Shown here in pieces: positions 1-8,102 of a stretch of DNA of 38,287 bases (the first letter of the stretch is position 1; every line of letters begins with the position of its first letter). The stretch lies in the UHGV virus genome UHGV-1369766; one strand, given 5' to 3'. Source of the DNA: a virus. Made by a program: the position numbers and the translations under genes. The notes beneath the pieces are model-generated. The model saw only the letters and a list, made by a program, of their open reading frames with translations, was not told the origin of the DNA and searched no databases.

Positions 1-53
1 CACGCAGTTAAAGTGGCGGGCGTGATGCACTAACTTACTGATTTTTATCATTC

Positions 54-1313
54 TCATATTCCTATCGCCATGCCGTGGGGCATGGATGGGGCAAAGTCCG
101 ATAATTTCTGGTTCAACATAGCAATCTGATCGCTGCTGCTGTCGGCCATCCAGGCGCCGTAAACATTGAAAACCATCTGGGCGCTGGAGTGTCCCATTTG
201 GCTGGCAATGAAACTCGGATTGGCCCCGGCAGACAGCGACCAGCAGGCGTAAGTGTGTCTCGACTGATACGCCTTGCGGTGCCTTAAACCTGACCGTTTA
301 AGCGCCGCATCCCATGAGTCACCGACTGAATCGGCTTTGTATAGGTAACCTACGCTGCCACTTTTTTTAACCAACTGAGGATTGAACACAAATGTACAGT
401 CGTGAATGACCGTTCGGCCATACTCCCGCAGTTGTACCTCAACCTGATACTGCTTGCCTAACCTGGTCATTTCCGCCTGGTTCCTCAAAGCGTCAATGGC
501 TGGCTTGATCAGGTGAACGACCCTGTCGGTACCGGCTTCGGTTTTTGGTAGAGTGAAATCACCGAGTTTCGTATAATTCCGGCGTATGGTCATCGTTCCA
601 GTTTTCAGATCTATGTCTTCCCATGCGAGGGATACCAACTCACCGTGACGTAATCCTGTGTATACCGCAATTGACCACAGGTTTTTCGTTTGCTGATGCT
701 TGCAGGCATCTATAAAGCGAACGAATTCATCACGTGTGAGCGGATCTGGTTCTATCCTGGCCCTCTTTAGCGGCTTGATGCCGTTGAACGGGTTTTCACT
801 CACATAGCCATTATCAACAGCAAACTGAAACATACCCGCGATCGTGGTCATGTAGTAGTTTACCGTCACCACACTCAACCCTTTATCCCCCGCCAGCATA
901 TCCTTCCTGATATAGAGAAGCTCTTCTCTTGTCACAGACGAAACCAGCTTATTCGCGCCAACCCTCGGCAGCATGCTTCTCACCACCGATTCATACCTGT
1001 TTATGGCATTAGCGCAGATCTCCATCCGTTTAAGCTCAAGCCATTTTTCAGACAGATCTTTTACGGTGATATCTTTCTTCCCGATGCCGAAAGTTTTCAG
1101 ATTTGGCGAGTTGGGGAATTGGGCCGCATAGTCAAAGGTCCCCATGCGGATAGCGAAACAAACTGACGTTCTCAGCTCCCCGGCCACCTTCCTGTTTTTA
1201 GCGGTGTCAGGGACACCGAGGTTTTCCCTGACACGCTTACCTTTAAAAATGAACCATATGCGGAGTGACTTTCCGTGGTTCTCAACGCCCGTTGGGTATG
1301 ATTCTTTACTCAT
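54..1313 (-). CDS. int: Phage tyrosine integrase (site-specific recombinase)
   Basis: 419 aa ORF; C-terminal catalytic region with conserved R..H..R..Y pattern (LRHGE, HxxRHT, final Y); ATG preceded by GGGAGGG RBS; sits at the prophage left end next to an excisionase-like gene. Confidence 0.9.
   Translation of the reverse strand: MSKESYPTGVENHGKSLRIWFIFKGKRVRENLGVPDTAKNRKVAGELRTSVCFAIRMGTFDYAAQFPNSPNLKTFGIGKKDITVKDLSEKWLELKRMEICANAINRYESVVRSMLPRVGANKLVSSVTREELLYIRKDMLAGDKGLSVVTVNYYMTTIAGMFQFAVDNGYVSENPFNGIKPLKRARIEPDPLTRDEFVRFIDACKHQQTKNLWSIAVYTGLRHGELVSLAWEDIDLKTGTMTIRRNYTKLGDFTLPKTEAGTDRVVHLIKPAIDALRNQAEMTRLGKQYQVEVQLREYGRTVIHDCTFVFNPQLVKKSGSVGYLYKADSVGDSWDAALKRSGLRHRKAYQSRHTYACWSLSAGANPSFIASQMGHSSAQMVFNVYGAWMADSSSDQIAMLNQKLSDFAPSMPHGMAIGI
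76..93. other. Candidate attachment-site core copy (left), inside the integrase 3' end
   Basis: TGGGGCATGGATGGGGCA matches 17 of 18 positions of a copy at 38155-38172 near the right end; weak evidence only. Confidence 0.25.
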
Positions 1314-1355
1314 TTATCCCTCCCGACGTCCAGGAGCGTTGCAAGTTTACCTGTT

Positions 1356-1601
1356 TCATACCGCCCGATCACCCAATGGTTGCTTTTGCGCCTGAATCCA
1401 TGCGTCTACCGCTTTGCGGTTGTACATGCATTCGCTGGTTGGCTTTGGGTCACCTTCAGGGGAAACGTGCTTATACTCACGCCCAAGCAGCCAGGATGAT
1501 TTGCGGGCCCGTGTAATGGTTCCACGTTTCATCCCTGTGACTGCCATCAGCAAGTCCTCTGAAACCCATTCGTTTGGCTCGATCTGGATTATTGTCTGCA
1601 T
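1356..1601 (-). CDS. xis: Excisionase-like small DNA-binding protein
   Basis: 81 aa basic ORF immediately upstream of int on the same strand; GAGGTG RBS; position typical of lambdoid xis. Confidence 0.65.
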   Translation of the reverse strand: MQTIIQIEPNEWVSEDLLMAVTGMKRGTITRARKSSWLLGREYKHVSPEGDPKPTSECMYNRKAVDAWIQAQKQPLGDRAV

Positions 1602-1760
1602 GCATCACCTCTGCCGCACTCTTTAACTGATATAGAATTCCCAGCTACTGGCGACGGAATTCATAACCTTAATCGCCATTTCAGCCGTTTCCCTGCTGTC
1701 GTAACACTGGAAATACATCTCCTGCCCAGTACGTTTAAGCTTCATCATTACCCACATACA

Positions 1761-2096
1761 TCACCTCAGGTGCTTACCACGTTCTTCAAACTCTTCTTGG
1801 CAATCAGCACGGCGCTGTGCATCCCACAACAGGAACTGCATATCAGCACACTCGCTGAGATCGTCAGGTTCGGCTGCGGCTTCCAGTGCCTCTTTTGAGA
1901 GGTGTTTCAGTGGACCAATGGGGCCAACGCAGCCAAATGTGGAGTCAGACCATTTGGCATGCTCGTGGCGAATCAGTTCGCGTTCCAGTGATGCCAGTGC
2001 AATTCGTGCCAGTTCCATTTGTTCGCCACGAGTAAGCCCGTTTTCAAGCGGATTTTTAATGAATAATTCGATACGTTCTTTGGTAATAGTGGTCAT
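1761..2096 (-). CDS. Hypothetical early-left protein
   Basis: 111 aa ORF, ATG with AAGGTGA RBS at 7 nt spacing; tightly packed with neighbours. Confidence 0.5.
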   Translation of the reverse strand: MTTITKERIELFIKNPLENGLTRGEQMELARIALASLERELIRHEHAKWSDSTFGCVGPIGPLKHLSKEALEAAAEPDDLSECADMQFLLWDAQRRADCQEEFEERGKHLR

Positions 2097-2098
2097 AG

Positions 2099-2290
2099 CT
2101 ATTTCACCTTAATCTCAACATTTCGCAGCTTTAGCTCTACTGGCTGGTCTGACTTTCCGGTTAATGCTAATGCGAGATTTTCTGGGGTAATGAGAGCAGT
2201 TATTGTTTTCCCCATTGCCAGACGAATAATTATTCGTATTTCGCGATCGTCACATGCTCCTGGTCGAACGATTGATATTTGTCCGTACAT
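2099..2290 (-). CDS. Hypothetical small protein
   Basis: 63 aa ORF, ATG with AAGGAG RBS; 1-nt gap to the upstream gene's stop codon. Confidence 0.45.
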   Translation of the reverse strand: MYGQISIVRPGACDDREIRIIIRLAMGKTITALITPENLALALTGKSDQPVELKLRNVEIKVK

Positions 2291-2291
2291 C

Positions 2292-2969
2292 TCACTCTCC
2301 TTTGATGCGAATGCCAGCGGCGCGGATTGCAGCGATGATCTCAGAAACTTTGTATGCCATTACCGTTTGGTAATCCTCGTGAAAATCTGTTCGATGAAGC
2401 ATGCTGCTACGTTCCGGGAGCAGTATTTCCCGCTCCTCCAGTTCTGCTATGCGCTTCTCTGCGGCTTCCAGCTTCTCGCGCATATCGTCAACGTACTCGA
2501 CCAGAGAACCGCCAGCAGGAATTTCGCACTCCTCGACCAGTTGGAAGTAGATATCAGCTGCGGCCCGTGTGTTGCTATGCCTAGCGTCGCCCATCTCACC
2601 TTCACGAAGAGCATCGCGTTCGGCGGTAAGATTGGCTATTTTGCTGTCTTTGCCTTCCAGCTCAACGCGCAGCCTCCCTACCGTTAGCGCAATATCCTCG
2701 TTCTCCTGGTCGCGGCGTTTGATGTATTGCAGGTTTCTTTCCCGTTCATCCAGTAGTGCCAAAGCAATCTTGGGATTAAAGGCAGCAATAAATTCAGCGT
2801 TGTTTTTCAGAACGTGTTGCGCAATGGCCTGACTACTTAGCCGGACTTCATAACCACGTGCGCCACGGTGTGGTTTATATGAGTCCCAGTCACCCCACGT
2901 TGCTTTCTCTGCCTTTTCACGCAGTGCCTGATAGTCAATCTTGCTCACTGGTTGCCTCCTTTGCGCCAC
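2292..2969 (-). CDS. Ead/Ea22-like protein
   Basis: 225 aa ORF with coiled-coil central part and C-terminal ...[14 protein letters not shown] motif recalled from Ead/Ea22 family; apparent GTG start. Confidence 0.65.
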   Translation of the reverse strand: MAQRRQPVSKIDYQALREKAEKATWGDWDSYKPHRGARGYEVRLSSQAIAQHVLKNNAEFIAAFNPKIALALLDERERNLQYIKRRDQENEDIALTVGRLRVELEGKDSKIANLTAERDALREGEMGDARHSNTRAAADIYFQLVEECEIPAGGSLVEYVDDMREKLEAAEKRIAELEEREILLPERSSMLHRTDFHEDYQTVMAYKVSEIIAAIRAAGIRIKGE

Positions 2970-3130
2970 ATCGCATTCAGATATTTGTTTTGATTCACTG
3001 ATGGAAAAGAATTTCTTTTAAGCAATTCCTCTCTCGATGGCATTGGCTTTACGCGTTGGCGAATAATCATTTCTGCCGGAAGAATGCCGGGATTGTATGC
3101 AAGTCCTCTCATGGTAAATTCCTCAGTCAT
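2945..3130 (-). CDS. Hypothetical small protein (61 aa, ATG-start version of the 2945..3262 ORF)
   Basis: ATG at 3128-3130 lies 3 nt upstream of the stop of the preceding gene (coupled arrangement); the longer track ORF would need a TTG start. Confidence 0.3.
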   Translation of the reverse strand: MTEEFTMRGLAYNPGILPAEMIIRQRVKPMPSREELLKRNSFPSVNQNKYLNAMWRKGGNQ

Positions 3131-3416
3131 TACTGATAGCGCCATAGCGTGAGCGGTAATTACGCTGGCGCGGGTCAATTTCAGGGAAGTGGGTATATGT
3201 GGCTTTGCGGAATGGTCGGATTGATGTCTGGTAAATTCGCTCGCGTTCTTCTTTCTCTGCAAGCCATATACAATGGCGAAATTCCTTTTCCTCTTTCGTT
3301 TCCTGCGGTAGCGACATTATCCGGTTGTAGTTTTTCCTGAATTTATCCAGCACCTCCGATACGGAATTGCCGGAACAGCGGCGCGCGTCATCCGCACCAT
3401 ACAGAGGCGCTGGCAT
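3123..3416 (-). CDS. Hypothetical protein
   Basis: 97 aa ORF; strong RBS (AGGAGAAAATC-ATG). Confidence 0.5.
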   Translation of the reverse strand: MPAPLYGADDARRCSGNSVSEVLDKFRKNYNRIMSLPQETKEEKEFRHCIWLAEKEERERIYQTSIRPFRKATYTHFPEIDPRQRNYRSRYGAISND

Positions 3417-3429
3417 GATTTTCTCCTGA

Positions 3430-3897
3430 TTAAATTGCGTGAATAGCGTGACGAGGGAAGGGGAGAGTTACTGGTTCCTCGTCTGGATATATTGGCTTGT
3501 TGTGCTTGTGCCATTCAACATGACATGCTTTGCATAGCCACATCACTTCAAGAGGTTTACTGTAATCGCAGTGGTGAGCGTCTGGGTGGCATTTGCTGTT
3601 GCATTTCTGACACGTTGTTGGTCTACATAACTTACCAGATTTAATTGCTCGTTTGACTGACCATCTTGCTTGCTGTCTTTGGCGATGAGATTCCAGATAG
3701 TTCTCTCTTGCTTTGATTAATGCAACCTTGCCCTTTTCGCTTTTGTTATATTTTTTACAAGCATTATTATGTATTAGCTTTCCTATTCCTTTTTGATATT
3801 CAGTTACTCGTTTTTTAGTGCATTCCTTGCACACCTTATTTCTAGGATAAAAACCATTAGGTGGTTTATTCTCTCCACATTTTTTGCAAGTGATCAT
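3430..3897 (-). CDS. Zinc-ribbon / HNH-like endonuclease-type protein
   Basis: N-terminal CxxC...CxxC zinc ribbon, C-terminal ...DAHHCDYSKP...WLCKACHVEWH resembling an HNH motif; ATG with GGGAGAA RBS; the 5' half of the gene is visibly AT-rich relative to flanks. Confidence 0.6.
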   Translation of the reverse strand: MITCKKCGENKPPNGFYPRNKVCKECTKKRVTEYQKGIGKLIHNNACKKYNKSEKGKVALIKARENYLESHRQRQQARWSVKRAIKSGKLCRPTTCQKCNSKCHPDAHHCDYSKPLEVMWLCKACHVEWHKHNKPIYPDEEPVTLPFPRHAIHAI

Positions 3898-3912
3898 ATT
3901 TTCTCCCAATGA

Positions 3913-4374
3913 TTAAAATGGGATCTCATCGTCGAAGTTCATAGGAGGTTCGTTGTGTTGTGCTGGTGATGATTGCTGCTGTGGCTTCTGTGATTGCCTG
4001 CTGGCTGCTTGTTGTTTGCTGTCGCCAATGCCGCCAAGCATTTGCATCACGCCATTAATTCCGACATGAACCTCGGTTGTGTAACGGTCTTGTCCTGACT
4101 GGTCTTTCCACTTTCTGGTTCTCAGCATTCCCTCGAAATAAATCTGATCACCTTTTTTCACATACTGCCCCACGACCTCAGCCAGTTTCCCGGATACAGC
4201 AACACGATGCCATTCAGTCAATTCCTTTTGCTCGCCAGTATTTTTATCTCGCCATTGTTCTGACGTGGCTATTGTCAGGTTAGCGAACGCTGTTCCTGAT
4301 GGTGAGTATCGAACTTCCGGGTCTTGTCCTACCCGACCAAGGATAATCACCTTATTTACGCCTCTGCTTGCCAT
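3913..4374 (-). CDS. ssb: Single-stranded DNA-binding protein
   Basis: 153 aa; OB-fold-like N-terminal region, Gln/Pro-rich linker and acidic C-terminal tail ...NFDDEIPF typical of SSB. Confidence 0.9.
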   Translation of the reverse strand: MASRGVNKVIILGRVGQDPEVRYSPSGTAFANLTIATSEQWRDKNTGEQKELTEWHRVAVSGKLAEVVGQYVKKGDQIYFEGMLRTRKWKDQSGQDRYTTEVHVGINGVMQMLGGIGDSKQQAASRQSQKPQQQSSPAQHNEPPMNFDDEIPF

Positions 4375-5082
4375 TTATGCCGCCTGTTTTAGTTCGTTAA
4401 CTCTGATGTTCATTACCTGAACGCATTTAGCCTGCGCCTCCTCGTTGCCAGCCATTAATTGCCAGTCATGCTGATAACGCTCGATGAGTTTTTTCTTGTC
4501 AGTTTCTGTCGCTGCATAATCGCTGAAGTCTTTCAGGATTTGTTCGCAGTCAATCGATGGAGATTTCTGGTTGGTATTTTCTGGTGATGGTTTGTTATCT
4601 GATGCTGGTATTGCCCATCCCGGCAGCGATGGAGGGAGCCAGTAAAATCCTGTTCCATCCTTGAGTTTTGCCCTGTGCCACCCCTGCTTTTTATCGAGAG
4701 ATGTTTGTGCAAAACCTTCCTCAAGGTTATACAGATACCGACCGATTCCCCACTGAACGGCAGCACGCTTCATTGCACCGGAACGACCACCTTTGACGGC
4801 TTCTACCTGTGTGTTTTCAGCAGCATCCCATTTGGTTACCCATTCGGAATCAATCTTTATTGATATGCCGCATTCAACGCCGCCGTTGTTGGGAATATCG
4901 CGGTATTCATTGCGCCATCCTGCTTTGCCGCAAACATCGTCCAGGCGTTTCATGATTGCCCGGTTCGTGACATAAGCCAGCACCATAGCCCACACCTTGC
5001 CATCGCGTGTTTTACCGCTTTGCTGTATTCGCCATTCGATATCTTCAGGGCTGAATGGCTCATCGAATTTATTCAAATCCAT
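4375..5082 (-). CDS. Single-strand annealing recombinase (Rad52/Sak-like N-terminus, Erf-like C-terminus)
   Basis: 235 aa; N-terminal part with GIGRYLY-type motif; C-terminal ~60 aa (...YAATETDKKKLIERYQHDWQL...CVQVMNIRVNELKQAA) matches my recollection of the P22 Erf C-terminus; GAGGTGA RBS. Confidence 0.75.
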   Translation of the reverse strand: MDLNKFDEPFSPEDIEWRIQQSGKTRDGKVWAMVLAYVTNRAIMKRLDDVCGKAGWRNEYRDIPNNGGVECGISIKIDSEWVTKWDAAENTQVEAVKGGRSGAMKRAAVQWGIGRYLYNLEEGFAQTSLDKKQGWHRAKLKDGTGFYWLPPSLPGWAIPASDNKPSPENTNQKSPSIDCEQILKDFSDYAATETDKKKLIERYQHDWQLMAGNEEAQAKCVQVMNIRVNELKQAA

Positions 5083-5090
5083 AATTCACC

Positions 5091-5279
5091 TCAGAATGGT
5101 AATTCGGATGGGGAGGAAAGAAATTCGCGCTCATTCATGCGCTCTCTTTGTGCTTGCCATAAACAAAGTTGTTTCTTTGATTTATCTCCCGCTTTACGCC
5201 AGTAACGAGCCTCAGCAATGTGATATTCTCTTTTTAATCGACTTAACTCTGGAGTTTTCGCCAGCTCTACCGGAATCAT
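5091..5279 (-). CDS. Hypothetical small basic protein (possible recombination accessory factor)
   Basis: 62 aa; GGAGG RBS 5 nt before ATG; start overlaps the stop of the upstream Kil-like gene. Confidence 0.5.
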   Translation of the reverse strand: MIPVELAKTPELSRLKREYHIAEARYWRKAGDKSKKQLCLWQAQRERMNEREFLSSPSELPF

Positions 5280-5389
5280 TTAGACCTCCATTTTCTGTAG
5301 GCTTCGACGGCCTCACGAAACATCTTTTCATCGCCAATAAAAGTGGCGATAGTGAATTTAGTCTGAATAGCCATAAGTGTTTTATCCAT
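5276..5389 (-). CDS. kil: Kil-like host-killing protein (37 aa)
   Basis: MDKTLMAIQTKFTIATFIGDEKMFREAV... closely resembles my recollection of the lambda Kil N-terminus; its ATG overlaps the cIII stop (ATGGATAA). Below the ORF-track size cutoff. Confidence 0.55.
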   Translation of the reverse strand: MDKTLMAIQTKFTIATFIGDEKMFREAVEAYRKWRSK

Positions 5390-5528
5390 TTTTTGGAACT
5401 CCTGGCTGATTAAGTACGTCGATGAGTCGTTTCCATCCGTCACGTAATTTACGGGTGATTCGTTCAAGTAAAGATTCATTTAATTGGAAGGCACCCATGC
5501 GAGCGCCTCCCGCGATTGCGTAAATCAT
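5382..5528 (-). CDS. cIII: CIII-like protease inhibitor (48 aa)
   Basis: MIYAIAGG...ESLLERITRKLRDGWKRLIDVLNQPGVPKNG matches the conserved lambda CIII core as I recall it; AAGGAA RBS; not in the ORF track (<60 aa) and out of frame with the overlapping 5276..5479 track ORF. Confidence 0.7.
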   Translation of the reverse strand: MIYAIAGGARMGAFQLNESLLERITRKLRDGWKRLIDVLNQPGVPKNG

Positions 5529-5552
5529 GGGTGGTTCCTTATGTTGGTTTTA

Positions 5553-6521
5553 TTAGTAGGTTATTTTTGTTGCGAATACTTCGCCTTTTACGATGGCTGT
5601 TATGATATTTTTAGCAACATCTTCTGATGCGCCAACCTTGATAAGGTCAGCAAGTATTTTGTTATTTACTTCTTTCCGGTGAGCTTTATCCTTTGCTCTA
5701 CGCTCTTCTTCGTCCTTGATTCTTTTTTCTTCTGCTATTCTGGCTTGCTCTTTTACTTCAGCCTCGCGCCGGATTCGTTCAGCCTCCTCCTGTGCTTTTC
5801 GGCGTTCTGCTTCAATTGCCGCCTGCTTTTCTCTTTCAGCTCGTTCTGCTGCCTCTTTTGCTTCGCGCTGTGCTCGTTGCTCGGCTTCAATGCGTTCACG
5901 CTCTGCACGTTCCGCTGCGGCCTTAGCTTCTGCTTCTCGCCTTGCTGCTGCTTCAATTTCGGCTTTTGCCTTTGCTTCGGCTTCAGCTCTGGCTTTCTCT
6001 TCAGCTTCTCTTTTTAAGCGTTCTTCATGCTCTCGCTTTTCCTGCTCAGCTTTGAGTCTTGCCTCTTCTCTTTGGCGGTCAAATTCGCGATCCATCAAAA
6101 TCGCTATTTCATGGTCAGACTCAATTTGCTTTGCGAGAGCTTCAGCTGCTGCCTTAGCTTCTTCTTCGGCTTTAATCCGCGCCTGTTCTTCCTCATAATC
6201 AGTAAGAGGCTGGCGCGCCTTGGCTTTCAGTTCATCAAGGCGATCACGCACTGTCTTGCGGTTGGCATCAATTAGCTTTGGAATTTCCTTAAGTTCAGCA
6301 ACAAGGTCTTTGCCAAGACCATCGAGATATGTTTTCGTCTGCGCAACTTTATACGCCAGAGAAGCGATCTCCTTTCTGCCCTTTGCCGTTGTGATATCAG
6401 GCACAAAGGACATAACTTCACGTTCAACCTTTTGGAGAATTTCTTCAATCTGGTCGGCAGACTGAAATACAGTCATTGCATTTGCTTTTTCAATAACAAC
6501 TAAATCTGTTACTTCACTCAT
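5553..6521 (-). CDS. Hypothetical protein with long E/R/K/A-rich predicted single alpha-helix or coiled-coil segment
   Basis: 322 aa from the ATG at 6519-6521 (GGAGGAT RBS); ~110 aa of charged repeats (AEEKARAEAEAKAKAEIEAAARRE...); position analogous to the ea10/ral/sieB accessory segment of lambda. Confidence 0.65.
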   Translation of the reverse strand: MSEVTDLVVIEKANAMTVFQSADQIEEILQKVEREVMSFVPDITTAKGRKEIASLAYKVAQTKTYLDGLGKDLVAELKEIPKLIDANRKTVRDRLDELKAKARQPLTDYEEEQARIKAEEEAKAAAEALAKQIESDHEIAILMDREFDRQREEARLKAEQEKREHEERLKREAEEKARAEAEAKAKAEIEAAARREAEAKAAAERAERERIEAEQRAQREAKEAAERAEREKQAAIEAERRKAQEEAERIRREAEVKEQARIAEEKRIKDEEERRAKDKAHRKEVNNKILADLIKVGASEDVAKNIITAIVKGEVFATKITY

Positions 6522-6533
6522 ATATCCTCCATC

Positions 6534-6561
6534 AAAAAAAACTGCCCTCACACTGGAGGGC
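6534..6561 (-). terminator. Intrinsic terminator in the PL operon (tL1-like)
   Basis: Minus-strand GCCCTC-CAGTGT-GAGGGC hairpin followed by AG and eight T; sits between the 207-aa and 322-aa genes. Confidence 0.75.
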
Positions 6562-6695
6562 AAAGAAGATTTCCAATAATCAGAACAAGTCGGCTCCTGT
6601 TTAGTTACGAGCGACATTGCTCCGTGTATTCACTCGTTGGAATGAATACACAGTGCAGTGTTTATTCCGTTGTTTATGCCAAAAATAAAGGCCGA

Positions 6696-7319
6696 CTATG
6701 CGGACTCGGAAGGAAGTCCAATCATCTTATTCAAATCTTCTACCCGTAAAGCAGGAAGTGCTGTACTTGCTTTGTCTGCTTCTTTTGGTAGCAATTCTTT
6801 GCTTTCAGGCCAAACTTCAATAAGTCGCTTAACTGTTGTGACTGAGTTCAAAGCAGCCCATACATTTGATTCGATATCCTTTTTCTTGGTTTCAAGTTTT
6901 TGTTGCAATGCGCAGATTTCATCAAACCTTTTTGTTATTTCGTGTTCTGCATCAAACATGCATTTATCTTTGGTTGGAGTAGGGAGCAATATATCTTCGC
7001 CGTTGCCGTCTTTCCCATATGAATGCCATCCAACCCTTCTGCCAGATACAGTCAGATAAATTGAAGTAGAACGAACATCGTATGAGTAAAATGAACATCC
7101 CATCTTTTCAAGTTCTTCACTTATAGCTACTAACCTGGATGATAACTGATCCACTTCCTCAGTTTTCTTTTTACCGCCAAACGCAATAACTCTGGCGTCA
7201 AGTGCAAGCTGGTTCTTTAACTTTGTTACTTCTTCAAGTTCAGTGAAAACCCCAGACTTAATTAAAGCGTTACGAGCGATTTTCTCTTTCATTCTCGTAG
7301 TTAAGCGGATTGATGACAT
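6696..7319 (-). CDS. Hypothetical protein immediately downstream of N
   Basis: 207 aa from the ATG at 7317-7319 (GAGGA RBS); 11 nt after the N stop and upstream of the tL1-like terminator; no family recognised. Confidence 0.6.
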   Translation of the reverse strand: MSSIRLTTRMKEKIARNALIKSGVFTELEEVTKLKNQLALDARVIAFGGKKKTEEVDQLSSRLVAISEELEKMGCSFYSYDVRSTSIYLTVSGRRVGWHSYGKDGNGEDILLPTPTKDKCMFDAEHEITKRFDEICALQQKLETKKKDIESNVWAALNSVTTVKRLIEVWPESKELLPKEADKASTALPALRVEDLNKMIGLPSESA

Positions 7320-7330
7320 ATTAATTCCTC

Positions 7331-7630
7331 TCAAATAAGTGGTTTGCTGCCTAATTTTATTTTCTGGCGACCAACACAAGTCACACCCATTTCACTGCGT
7401 GGCTTGCGGTAGTAAATACGGTTCTGTTTACGCTCGACTTCTTCTGCCTTCTTGCAGCGAAGGCTTCCGAGTGATGCTGCTTTGTCTGCTCTGACGCAAC
7501 CAGAGAGCTTTAGCGCAATTTTTCGCGCCAGTCGCTGCTCTTGCATTGCCTGTTCACGTTGAGCCTGTCTGCGTGCTCTGCGGCGATTTCTGGCGTTATC
7601 GTCAGCCAGATATGTAATGACTACTGTCAT
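7331..7630 (-). CDS. N: Antitermination protein N
   Basis: 99 aa; arginine-rich motif NARNRRRARRQAQ near the N-terminus; C-terminus ...YYRKPRSEMGVTCVGRQKIKLGSKPLI resembles my recollection of lambda N (...YSKPGERGITCSGRQKIKGKSIPLI); GGAGG RBS. Confidence 0.85.
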   Translation of the reverse strand: MTVVITYLADDNARNRRRARRQAQREQAMQEQRLARKIALKLSGCVRADKAASLGSLRCKKAEEVERKQNRIYYRKPRSEMGVTCVGRQKIKLGSKPLI

Positions 7631-7942
7631 GTTGACCTCCGATGAAACAACTTTGGAATTTTTTTATTACAAAGTTGTTTCCTTCCCCGCCAATTAGACG
7701 GGGATGGAAGAGCATTTATGAGCCTTCATGGACTCTGCTCGATCAGTTCTATTTAATTAATCTCTCAATTGAATGTAAGTATTCACATAAATCCTCCTAC
7801 CTCTTGTGCAGCTTTCTTGAATATGGTGGCGGCTGCATAACGCCTATGGAATTGACTTTGGCGGTGACGCGCCGGGTGCTTATCTTCCGGTTGCCGTCGT
7901 GCAGCTGCACTTCACGTCACCCCAAAGCCAACTACTCTTTGG

Positions 7943-7985
7943 TTCCCGCATTTCGGCGGGACAATCCCATCAATGTTAAAGAGCA
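7943..7985 (-). promoter_or_regulatory. nutL (boxA TGCTCTTTAA plus boxB hairpin CCCGC-CGAAAT-GCGGG)
   Basis: Minus-strand reading; the boxB is a 16-nt exact copy of the nutR boxB; ~40-80 nt downstream of the PL candidate. Confidence 0.65.
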
Positions 7986-8030
7986 TGCCAATCTGTTCCG
8001 TTTGGCTTCCAGCGTCCTGCTGATGGCTAA

Positions 8031-8059
8031 AGAATACTGTAGGTATTTTATTGTGTAAA
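8031..8059 (-). promoter_or_regulatory. PL-like early leftward promoter (-35 TTTACA, 17-bp spacer, -10 TATTCT)
   Basis: Read on the minus strand; both hexamers overlap operator repeats; same -10 hexamer and geometry as the PR candidate. Confidence 0.5.
8033..8047. promoter_or_regulatory. OL operator site (AATAC-TGTAG-GTATT)
   Basis: Perfect inverted half-sites with 5-bp spacer; one of six related sites. Confidence 0.6.
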
Positions 8060-8072
8060 TACCCAAGGTATT
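8058..8072. promoter_or_regulatory. OL operator site (AATAC-CCAAG-GTATT)
   Basis: Perfect inverted half-sites, 25 bp centre-to-centre from the neighbouring site. Confidence 0.6.
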
Positions 8073-8102
8073 TATTTTTGATGAAATAATGATAAGCAAA
8101 TG

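Noticed and set aside
1144-1626. Plus-strand track ORFs (1144..1395, 1265..1516, 1414..1626) overlapping int and xis
   Set aside because: Antisense to well-supported integrase and excisionase genes; no ribosome-binding sites.
5679-6198. Plus-strand ORFs of 112 and 160 aa rich in Phe/Ser/Cys or Ala/Ser
   Set aside because: Antisense and out-of-frame readings of the charged-repeat region of the minus-strand 322-aa gene; pure low-complexity artefacts.
7690-7730. Start-stop mini-ORF (AGGAGG, then ATG immediately followed by TGA) and a 9-codon GTG ORF in the N leader
   Set aside because: Too short to evaluate and likely a chance occurrence next to an SD-like string; noted only as a possible leader peptide.
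7700-7745. First nutL guess: GCTCTT-like boxA followed by a CCCCG...CGGGG hairpin
   Set aside because: Superseded once the exact boxB copy (matching nutR) with a boxA decamer was found at 7943-7985; the earlier hairpin is kept only as part of the structured leader.
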